A stretch of 64,000 bases of DNA, taken from the IMG/VR virus record IMGVR_UViG_3300049846_002551, positions 29,937 to 93,936 of that record; one strand, written 5' to 3'. Below, one piece after another: positions 1 through 8,521 of this stretch. The notes beneath the pieces were generated by a model. That model searched no databases, was not told where the DNA came from, and saw nothing but the letters and a program-made list of their open reading frames with translations. Both the position numbers and the translations under genes were made by a program. Numbering within the stretch: position 1 is the stretch's first letter; every line of letters begins with the position of its first letter. The stretch is from a virus.

Positions 1-180
1 GGTACATACGACAGCACAACTCAGGACCCAACGCCTGGTGATAGCGGAAATGTTGGAACTCCTGAAAACGGCAACGTGGAGCTAACTATTCGAAACTCCG
101 AAGCGGCTACGGTGTTTACGGCTCCAGATGAGACTATTCCCAACCTCATCACCGTTCTTCCTGCGGGTACGAGTATCTAA
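1..180 (+). CDS. C-terminal end of probable major tail (tube) protein, partial
   Basis: Frame 1 open from window start (GTYDSTTQDPTPGDSGNVG...VLPAGTSI*) to TAA at 178-180; lies just upstream of chaperone and tape measure genes. Confidence 0.5.
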   Translation, partial: GTYDSTTQDPTPGDSGNVGTPENGNVELTIRNSEAATVFTAPDETIPNLITVLPAGTSI

Positions 181-206
181 CAAGTACAGTCCGTATTGTT
201 GACAGG

Positions 207-240
207 TAGGGTGCTTTGAAAAAGGCACCCTATTCTGGTT
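207..240 (+). terminator. Stem-loop, possible intrinsic terminator
   Basis: TAGGGTGCTTT-GAAA-AAGGCACCCTA followed by TTCTGGTT. Confidence 0.5.
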
Positions 241-257
241 ATGGCATACTAAGTTGT

Positions 258-989
258 ATGCGTAGTCCAACCCCAAAGGTTCAACCTCCTGAAAGACCGA
301 AGCATCGTAGTTTACGAGTGCTTTCGGCAAGTCGAGAAATTATTCCTTATTTCGTTCAGGGTGACTCTGATTATATTGATCGCACAATTGATGCTGGAAA
401 AATGTTCGAGTTATTTGAGGACCAATCAATTATTGCATTAGGTGTCGGTCACTTGCCTCTTAGGTCGTATTTGGATTTCGAAACGCAGTATGGTGAGTTG
501 CTTGATGCGTATGTAAACAAAATTCTTTGGGTTTTTTACGCTATGGGGCAAATAGCTAACGAGAATATTCCAGTAGATCAGAAACCTGAATTAAAAATCG
601 TAGACGGGGTTACGACTACTCCGTATGGTCCTATGTATGGATCACTACAAAAAAATGTTGCAGAAGCAATGGCATTCTTGTTAGTTCAGTTTGGTCGAAT
701 CGTTGGCACGAATGCAGATGGTACATATCAGTTCGAGTCTATGAATCAAAACGATATTTACGAGTTGTTAGATGTGGCGTCGTTGATGTCTGTGGATGAG
801 GGAAGTACAGGCCCCGCGTTTTTTGACCTAATAAACATTGCAGGGTTAACTCCTGTTGTGGAAGGCGATGAGTCAACGGAAAAGGATGATGGTCCAAAAA
901 ACTTAGTCTCTCTGATCAAAGGAGAGCCATCCACGACAGGCTCAAAGCGGCAAGGAAGCTCAAGAAGCAAGCCGAACAAGGCGACTTAA
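258..989 (+). CDS. Tail assembly chaperone (G form)
   Basis: Immediately upstream of tape measure; contains in-frame slippery heptamer A-AAA-AAC at 896-902; start moved from TTG 216 (inside hairpin) to ATG 258. Confidence 0.7.
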   Translation: MRSPTPKVQPPERPKHRSLRVLSASREIIPYFVQGDSDYIDRTIDAGKMFELFEDQSIIALGVGHLPLRSYLDFETQYGELLDAYVNKILWVFYAMGQIANENIPVDQKPELKIVDGVTTTPYGPMYGSLQKNVAEAMAFLLVQFGRIVGTNADGTYQFESMNQNDIYELLDVASLMSVDEGSTGPAFFDLINIAGLTPVVEGDESTEKDDGPKNLVSLIKGEPSTTGSKRQGSSRSKPNKAT

Positions 990-1165
990 CTGTAGATTCT
1001 CCATCTACGGATTGGGGGGAAATTGTTTACATCTTAGGGAAAGTCTACAAATGGACTTTTGACTACATGGTGGAAGAACGTATGTCCATTCTTTGGTTAT
1101 TTTACGATTGGGCTGTGTACGATATTCGGAATGATTTCTATCTTCGAGCGATCACGCTTATGTAA
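896..1165 (+). CDS. -1 frameshift extension of tail assembly chaperone (G-T form)
   Basis: -1 frame open from slippery site to TAA 1163-1165: KKLSLSDQRRAIHDRL...WGEIVYILGKVYKWTFDYMVEERMSILWLFYDW...ITLM*; not in the ORF track. Confidence 0.75.
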   Translation, partial: KKLSLSDQRRAIHDRLKAARKLKKQAEQGDLTVDSPSTDWGEIVYILGKVYKWTFDYMVEERMSILWLFYDWAVYDIRNDFYLRAITLM

Positions 1166-1228
1166 TTGTACTTAATTGGTATTGGTTAGAATTTCCTGTG
1201 TCTAGTAGGTATGACAAAATAGCGATTA

Positions 1229-4200
1229 ATGGATCAGATTCGCGGCGAAATAAAAATCACGTCTGACCTACGGGAGTTGGAGCGTGAATTAAGTGCGCTT
1301 TTTGCTCAATTCTCTAAGAAAGTTAAGCTTGGTGTTGATTTCTCTGAAACGCTTAAGGACATCGAGAAATTTACGTCTGCAATGACGACTCTCGATACGC
1401 GCATTAAAGACCTATCGCAGAATTTACGAAAGGCTCAGGCGGAAAATAAAAAGCTTGCTGATGCTTCTCAAAAGTATTTTACTCAACCTGTCAAGAATGC
1501 GCTTGCTACACTTTATGGTTCGCAGAAGGGTGAGAAAGGCACACTTGAAGAAGAGTTAATTCGTAAACATAAATCACGGTTATTGCGCGAAGCGCATGCG
1601 CTTGGGCAACAGATGTCGGAAGCACATGCGGCAGGAATGGCGAAAGGGTTAGCACAAAAAGATATCCATCAAGCAGTGTTGTTAGCTCTTGGTCCTCTAG
1701 CGGATACACGAGAGCAACAAGCGATTCAAGCTAAAGCGCAACAGTTTTTTAGAGGATTAAAACCTGGAAAAGAGTTTACTCAAGAAATGCGCGTTATGCT
1801 TCGCGTGTTGTTGGACGCTCGAAGCGGGATTCAATCAACGCAAAAAGAGTTGGATGCATTAGCGAATAGTGCAACTAAATCAGCTAAGGTTCAAAAAATT
1901 TCTCAGCAGTCGTTAGCGCAAGGGTACAAAGAACTTGCAAAAATTGCTGGAGACGCTAATCGAAATACGACGGCGTTGGCAACTGCACAAGCAAAACAAC
2001 TCGCTGATTACATGCAACGTGTGCGTCAGGCGACTCAGTTGGCACATAGAGCGGCCCAGCATGGTGCTTATGATCCTAATCTACAGCGAAGTGCGTCTGG
2101 TCAAATTAGACATTTGGGTGGAATGATTAGCTCGTTGCGTAGTGAACAGATTGGTGGAATGATGACTGCCGCACAGTCTGCTCATGCGGATCGGCAAATA
2201 CTTAAAGCAGAAGAACTAATTAGAAAATGGCAGAACGATATCATGCCGTCGATTGCCCACATTCGAAGTGTGAAGGGAAGTGAGCGCACTCGTCGAAGCG
2301 CACAGATGGGAATGTGGGATGTAGAAGGTCGTGTGACTTCTGCGTTTCAACAAGCGAAAGAGATGGCGCGTGAAAACATTTTTGATGTTAATCCTACCGC
2401 TCTTCGTGCATTGATTCAGGATTTAGTTAAGAAACGTGCGGTTTATCGTGGTCAAGCCACTCGTGCTTTAGGTAAAGGTGATGATGTTGCGGCCCAGCAA
2501 TATCAGATGTTGGCGACAGGTTTAACTTCTAAAATCGGTTCGCATGGAGAAACGCTATCGAATTTGGAATGGCAGTTGGCTAAAGCCGGAGCCGGAGCAA
2601 TGGGTGCACCGGGGGGTTTTGTGAATCTTCAGGCGCAGGGTTTGGCAACCGGAGTAGGTGGGCTTCGAGCCGCGTTAGATCGAGCAAAGATTAGCCAATT
2701 GGGTGGTGGCATTGCAGGGAGCGGAAGTTTTCAAGGAATTCGTGCTGAGTATGCAAGTTTAGAGCGGTATATCTTGGATGGTCAAAAAAGGCTTGCGGAT
2801 AAAAAGAAGAAGCTTTCTATTGAAGAACGAGCCGAATTAGACAAGGCTTTAAAAGAAGCTATTGCTTTACAAACTCGATATCAACAAGAGTTAGAGCGTT
2901 TGCGTGTTACGGATTACAATAATATTCAAAAGCATCGTAAAAATCGACGTGATGCGGTTACTCGTTCTGCAAAAGAAGAGTTAGAGATTCGTAAAAAGCA
3001 ACGTTTAGAAGAGAATCTTGAGATGGTGCGTGGTACGTCGGCTGACCCTACGTTGGTACGTAAGATGAATCGAGATCAGTTGTCACGACTTAATGAAGCT
3101 TTAAACGAGAGTAGATGGGCGAGACGAAGAGGTTATCAGGACGTTCCTGATGTGGCAGTTATTGATTCATTAAAACGTGAAATGCATTCACGTGAACGTG
3201 AACTCGGCAAACCTAATTTGTTTAGTAGGTTTTGGTACGGGCTAACAGGTATGCGTCCGATGGCGGGTGGAGCCGGAGGTGGAGGCGGTGGAGCGCATGC
3301 TTATGGAAATTTAAACGATACGCTATTTCATAACTTGAATAAGCGTGTTACCAATATTTCGCAGATGCTAGGCACTTCCCTTTACGGTATGGGATTATTT
3401 GGTGCTGGTAGTGCGCTTGCAAAAGGAACGATTGGCGCGGCGGCAGAAAAGGAGTCAATGGTTAATACCCTTGGTGGTTTGATTAACACCTTTGCTAAGT
3501 TTAGAGATGCGACTGGTAAGACTGTGGGGACGACAGAAAACTTTGTACGGGCTATCGAATTCAGCGGGAAAGTTTACGATGAAGTACGTGCTAAAGCGGC
3601 AGACTCAATTCTTACTACGAAAGAGATGTTTGATTACTTCATGTCTGGTGCGCCGCAACTTATGGCACGAGGCTTGAATACAAAACAATCGCTTGACATT
3701 GTTACCGCTATCGCGTCTCTTGGTAAGTCAATGGGCTTATCTTCAACTGCGGTGCAATCAGATATTCGTGACTTAGCGACTGGTCAAGTTACAGTTCGTT
3801 CGCAGGTGTTAAGAACAATGGGCTTTGACAAAACCGCGTTGGGAAAAGCGCGTCAACAAGGTCCAGAGGCGTTAGTCGCTTACTTTAATAAAATTATGGA
3901 TGGTTTTGCTCCCGCATTGAGGCGGTTGTCCACTCTTAATCAAACTGCGATTACTCGTTTAATGAACGCTTTACAACAGTTTGGGATTACGATTGGAGAA
4001 AAGATGGCTCCAAGGTTGATTCCGTTGTTGGCGCGTTTACAGGCAATGTTTGAAAAGTGGGCTACGGATGGAACTATAGATAAGTTTGCTAGTAGTTTTG
4101 GTCAAACAGTTGAAGCGTTTGCAAAATCACTTATGTGGTTTATGGAAACGCTTGGTCCTACATTTGCAGATATTCGTGTTTTGTTTGCAGGTTTCTTAAC

Positions 4201-7200
4201 TTTCATGACTGGAAAGTTTTTAGTAGGATTAGCTTTGCAAACTCAAGCGGTGCAAACTGTTTTGAATAACTGGGTGGTTTCTTTGGGTTCCGCATTTAAG
4301 AGTCTTGGGGCTGGATTTTTTGGGTTAACGGCAGTCATTGGCGCATTCGTACTTCGATTAATCGGTTATAAAAACGACTTGCAGGAAGAGGAAACTCAGC
4401 GAAATACGCTATTAGCAAGACGGTCTGGAAAAGATGGCTATACCGAGGAAGAGAAAAGAAAAATTGACGCTAATACTGCTGATTTGATTGCGAAGGCGTC
4501 TGCTAAAGGGATGTCTCCAGAGCAAATTAGTGCGTTAGTGTTTCAACGTCGAGGATATGTGTCGAGGGCAATAACTACTGCTGTAAATTCGGCTCAACCG
4601 GAATTAGGTGATTTTTTTAATTCTGGGGCTAATGCTGATACATTACGCATTGGTATGGAAGCGTCGATGGAAAATGTTGATCCTGAATTTGCTCGATCAA
4701 TAATGGCGGAAACTTACGCATCTGTACTACGAGACATGCGCGTTGGAATGTCATCGGAACTTTTAAAGTTACAAAAAACGAACCCCATGCAGTTTATTAA
4801 GCGGGTTTCCGCGCTGTATCCTGATGTTGTAGGTAAAGCGGGAGCGCGATTAGCATTAGCAAATAGTGTAGATTTCTTGGGTAGACCTCTTGATTTACAA
4901 GAAACATTTCCACGTGAAACCGCAGTAGCGGGATTAAAATATCAATCAGGTTTAGTGGCAGGACAGTTGTCTCGATTAGACGCGGCATTAGGTGTGACTC
5001 CGGATAGCTACCGTAAAGCCGTATTAGCCGCTCAGAAGTATGGTTTGACGGCCCAATCGTTAGGTTATGGTTTTCAAGTCGAACAACAGGGATTTGCAAA
5101 ACAATATTTGGATGCTCAAGGAAAACCTGACGAGTTAGTGAAGTTGGGTGGTGAGATAATTGAATCTCAGCAAAAGTATAAGCAGTCGTTAGCTGAGTTG
5201 CAGTCATCTTATGAAGAGCAGATTCGCACGATGCGTGAATCGATCATGGTTCAGAAAGACGAACTTCAAACGAGAAAAGAAAATCTAGATTTACAGAAAG
5301 CTGAATTTGATTTGAATCAACGTAAAGACCGTATCGACCGTATTGACCGTACATCTGCGGAAGGCCGGGCTACTTGGACCCGCGCTATGCGCTCGTTTAT
5401 TGTTGACCAGAATAAAGCGATAGATACTCGTACTGGAGTAGTTAATGCTCAAGCTAATCGACAAATCGGAATTTTGCAATCTCGCGGTGACTCTTGGGAG
5501 GTTGTGGCTAAACAAATGGGTGTTTCAAGTAAGGCCCCTGTAAGCTTAGAGTTTAATGCGAAAACCGTTGAGAATCTTCAGAAAATTGGGGAAGTATTCA
5601 ATGAGCATAAAGCTGTAATTGTGGAATGGTCCAAAGAGATGAAAACCTTTGGAGATGTTCTGGATAAAGCATCGAAAGTTAATGCAGATACTGCAACGGT
5701 AATTCAAGGAGTGGCGAATACGCTAGTTACGTTGCCTGGTTTTGGAAATGTAGCAGGACCACCGACTATCGGTGGTGGAGGTGTTGTTGGTGTTACAGGT
5801 GGGAGTGCGTTAACTCCCATGCCGAGAACCGCATCTAAAGGCGCATTCTTTGGTGGAGTTTGGGTTCCACCTGAATCACCGTCTAGTAATAAAGCGTCAC
5901 TTAAACAAATCGGAAGAAGCATAGCTTTGGAGTTTGGTATTGATCCTGATATATTTGAAAAACAAATTCAACAAGAATCGAGTTGGAATCCTAGGAGTAA
6001 AACGTGGTCTGGTGATAAGCGTGTTGGCTATGTTTATGGTTTAGGACAACTATCATCTAATGAAATGAAGGACGTTGGGGTAACTGATCCGTATGATCCG
6101 GTTCAGAATATGCGTGGACTTGCAACGTTGATGAAACGGTACTTGACTCAGTATGGTGGGGATTACGCGAAAGCTTTAATGCGACATTTTCAAGGTGGTC
6201 CTACACCTAAAGGTCCTTTGGGGAGAATGTATCTGGATCGCATTTTAGGTCCGGGGCATGCTGGGCCTCTAGCTCCTATGCGCGTGGACGCGGCGGCAAT
6301 TATGTCGAAAGGCTTCCTTAAGACAGAGGAAGCGGAGCGTAATCGAGAAGCTAAAATTGAAGCAGATCAACGTATCGTAGCGGCTGTTGCATTAATGGCA
6401 GATGAGGCTTTATCTCGTCGACAGGATTATCGTCAGGCGAGAATGGGGTGGATGTCTGGTGGTTTAGGTGAAGGTGAGAATCGCGGAGTATTTTTAATTC
6501 AGCAGAATTTGTCTCGATTAGCTTATGAGTATATGAACGGTGCTGGTGCCTATGGTCCGGGTGGGTCATTAGAGGCTTATGGTCTGCCTTCAAGAATGGG
6601 TTCAGCTAGACGTTACAATTTAGCTTATGAGTATTTCAATTTGCACCCAGGTGAAGCGGGTAGGTTGTCTCAAAATCCTGCGGAGTATCGAAAGGTTTTA
6701 GAAACGCTTGGATTTTTGCCAAGTGAAGTGAATCAGGGCATAACTCAAACTACGGCAGGTGGATTTGCAAAGTTAGGTCGCGCTATCGAAGAAGAGATTA
6801 ATGCGACGGTTGCTAAAATTAATCAAGCAAATGAAATGATTCGCGGAGCGTTGAGTGAATTCGGAAACGCAATAAGTAAGTATTCGGAACGTGCCGCAAT
6901 TCCATATCAAGAAGCGGCGCGTTTGGTTGGTGTTAACTTGTCCGATATTGCGGGGCAAACCGAACTAGACAAAATTGATAGACATCTCCTTTCTGTGAGG
7001 ATGTCCCAGATTGGTTTAACTTCACAAGCAAATACGCTTTTTGCTGGCGCGGTTCAGAGTGCGCGAACGGCGAAGCCTGGTGATATGTCTGCCATTAGTG
7101 CGTTGCTTGGGTTTAGTTTCCCAGGAATTGGTAGAGTGCTTTCTTCTGACCAGGTTAGTGGGTGGACTTCTAAGCTTGGGGGTATTACTGATCCAGATGC

Positions 7201-8521
7201 GTGGCAATCGGCTTTAAGCCAGTTGTTTATTGAAATGGCTCCGTCGTTCGGTGAAAAGTTTGCGAAGTTGCTTGCGGACCAGGTTGGTCCAATTGAAGTG
7301 GAACGACGTTTGAAAGAATTGTCCATTGAACGTGCGCGATCTTTAAGAGAAGATAAATTTGCTTATGATCGACAGGTTAATGAAGCGCAGATGCATCAAG
7401 AGGAATTGACTTATCAGAGACTTTTTGATCAAGTAAGTTCACCACAAACGAGTGTTAGGTTATGGACAGATACACATGGTTTGCAGATGGAATCCGTGTC
7501 TCGTCGTTATGAGTTGCTTGGGCAACAAGCGCAATTAGCGATGGGGGCTAAGATGCTTGCGGATAAGAAGGCGATTGTTGGGTACGTTCCAGCGATTGGT
7601 ATGTATGGAATGCCCATGCTTGGATCAGATGGCAAACCGTTAATGCGCCCGATTAGTTTGTATGAAAAGAACATCTCTGCGAACCCCAATTATTATGAAG
7701 ATTTTCAGAATTCGCTAATTAGTTCAGGAAGAGGTGCGCTGATGGGCGAACTTCAAGGCATGAATTTGGCGAGTATGCAGAATGCCCAAGCTTATCAATC
7801 CGTTGCGGGAAATCTATTTAGTATGTTGATAGGTAATCCGCTAGGTGTTATGAATGGGACAGCTTTTAACAATGAAGGAGTAGGGGGTTTGTTTAGTCCA
7901 CTAATGGATTTACAGAGTCAGCGTCAGAATGTTGCCGCGCAACTATTGATGACAGCGATGTTTAAGAATCCTTCGTTAGAGCAAGCGTTGAACGATCCTA
8001 CATTGCGACAGTTTCTAAAAGTAGTAAATCTTCCTGGCGGTGGAATGACACTCAAGTTTGACAAATGGGGAGCTATAAAATCTGGATTAGGAAATTTGGC
8101 TGGTGGTTTAGCTGGAAACTATGGTGGAACTTTGTTAGGGACTGCGCTATTTCCTGGACGTGATCCTAGTGCTATTAGTCTCGGTGCAAATATTGGAACT
8201 TCACTTGGCGGAACTTTCGCAAGTGCTTTAGGTATGGCGGGACCGTGGGGCATGGTAGCTGGAGGTTTATTAGGTGGATTAATCGGTGGTCTATTTGGTG
8301 GAAGTAAACCGAATCCTGCGGAAGAGCGCAGACGCGCTTTGGAAAAACAGCATCGAGAGCGAATGGAAGAATTACTTTCTAGAATCGACAAAAGCTTAAG
8401 ACCTCAAGCTGACTACTTCCGCACGATTAAGGGTGACGTATTATATGGAACATCGTCACGTTGGTACTCAGGTAGAGCCTACGCACAACTTGGACTTCAA
8501 GGCGCATTGGGTGGTCGTTAA
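1229..8521 (+). CDS. Tape measure protein with SLT lytic transglycosylase domain
   Basis: 2430 aa, helical Ala/Gln/Leu-rich, Gly-rich C-terminus; SLT motifs GIDPDIFEKQIQQESSWNP...GLGQL...DPVQNMRG...YGGDYAKAL. Confidence 0.9.
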   Translation: MDQIRGEIKITSDLRELERELSALFAQFSKKVKLGVDFSETLKDIEKFTSAMTTLDTRIKDLSQNLRKAQAENKKLADASQKYFTQPVKNALATLYGSQKGEKGTLEEELIRKHKSRLLREAHALGQQMSEAHAAGMAKGLAQKDIHQAVLLALGPLADTREQQAIQAKAQQFFRGLKPGKEFTQEMRVMLRVLLDARSGIQSTQKELDALANSATKSAKVQKISQQSLAQGYKELAKIAGDANRNTTALATAQAKQLADYMQRVRQATQLAHRAAQHGAYDPNLQRSASGQIRHLGGMISSLRSEQIGGMMTAAQSAHADRQILKAEELIRKWQNDIMPSIAHIRSVKGSERTRRSAQMGMWDVEGRVTSAFQQAKEMARENIFDVNPTALRALIQDLVKKRAVYRGQATRALGKGDDVAAQQYQMLATGLTSKIGSHGETLSNLEWQLAKAGAGAMGAPGGFVNLQAQGLATGVGGLRAALDRAKISQLGGGIAGSGSFQGIRAEYASLERYILDGQKRLADKKKKLSIEERAELDKALKEAIALQTRYQQELERLRVTDYNNIQKHRKNRRDAVTRSAKEELEIRKKQRLEENLEMVRGTSADPTLVRKMNRDQLSRLNEALNESRWARRRGYQDVPDVAVIDSLKREMHSRERELGKPNLFSRFWYGLTGMRPMAGGAGGGGGGAHAYGNLNDTLFHNLNKRVTNISQMLGTSLYGMGLFGAGSALAKGTIGAAAEKESMVNTLGGLINTFAKFRDATGKTVGTTENFVRAIEFSGKVYDEVRAKAADSILTTKEMFDYFMSGAPQLMARGLNTKQSLDIVTAIASLGKSMGLSSTAVQSDIRDLATGQVTVRSQVLRTMGFDKTALGKARQQGPEALVAYFNKIMDGFAPALRRLSTLNQTAITRLMNALQQFGITIGEKMAPRLIPLLARLQAMFEKWATDGTIDKFASSFGQTVEAFAKSLMWFMETLGPTFADIRVLFAGFLTFMTGKFLVGLALQTQAVQTVLNNWVVSLGSAFKSLGAGFFGLTAVIGAFVLRLIGYKNDLQEEETQRNTLLARRSGKDGYTEEEKRKIDANTADLIAKASAKGMSPEQISALVFQRRGYVSRAITTAVNSAQPELGDFFNSGANADTLRIGMEASMENVDPEFARSIMAETYASVLRDMRVGMSSELLKLQKTNPMQFIKRVSALYPDVVGKAGARLALANSVDFLGRPLDLQETFPRETAVAGLKYQSGLVAGQLSRLDAALGVTPDSYRKAVLAAQKYGLTAQSLGYGFQVEQQGFAKQYLDAQGKPDELVKLGGEIIESQQKYKQSLAELQSSYEEQIRTMRESIMVQKDELQTRKENLDLQKAEFDLNQRKDRIDRIDRTSAEGRATWTRAMRSFIVDQNKAIDTRTGVVNAQANRQIGILQSRGDSWEVVAKQMGVSSKAPVSLEFNAKTVENLQKIGEVFNEHKAVIVEWSKEMKTFGDVLDKASKVNADTATVIQGVANTLVTLPGFGNVAGPPTIGGGGVVGVTGGSALTPMPRTASKGAFFGGVWVPPESPSSNKASLKQIGRSIALEFGIDPDIFEKQIQQESSWNPRSKTWSGDKRVGYVYGLGQLSSNEMKDVGVTDPYDPVQNMRGLATLMKRYLTQYGGDYAKALMRHFQGGPTPKGPLGRMYLDRILGPGHAGPLAPMRVDAAAIMSKGFLKTEEAERNREAKIEADQRIVAAVALMADEALSRRQDYRQARMGWMSGGLGEGENRGVFLIQQNLSRLAYEYMNGAGAYGPGGSLEAYGLPSRMGSARRYNLAYEYFNLHPGEAGRLSQNPAEYRKVLETLGFLPSEVNQGITQTTAGGFAKLGRAIEEEINATVAKINQANEMIRGALSEFGNAISKYSERAAIPYQEAARLVGVNLSDIAGQTELDKIDRHLLSVRMSQIGLTSQANTLFAGAVQSARTAKPGDMSAISALLGFSFPGIGRVLSSDQVSGWTSKLGGITDPDAWQSALSQLFIEMAPSFGEKFAKLLADQVGPIEVERRLKELSIERARSLREDKFAYDRQVNEAQMHQEELTYQRLFDQVSSPQTSVRLWTDTHGLQMESVSRRYELLGQQAQLAMGAKMLADKKAIVGYVPAIGMYGMPMLGSDGKPLMRPISLYEKNISANPNYYEDFQNSLISSGRGALMGELQGMNLASMQNAQAYQSVAGNLFSMLIGNPLGVMNGTAFNNEGVGGLFSPLMDLQSQRQNVAAQLLMTAMFKNPSLEQALNDPTLRQFLKVVNLPGGGMTLKFDKWGAIKSGLGNLAGGLAGNYGGTLLGTALFPGRDPSAISLGANIGTSLGGTFASALGMAGPWGMVAGGLLGGLIGGLFGGSKPNPAEERRRALEKQHRERMEELLSRIDKSLRPQADYFRTIKGDVLYGTSSRWYSGRAYAQLGLQGALGGR

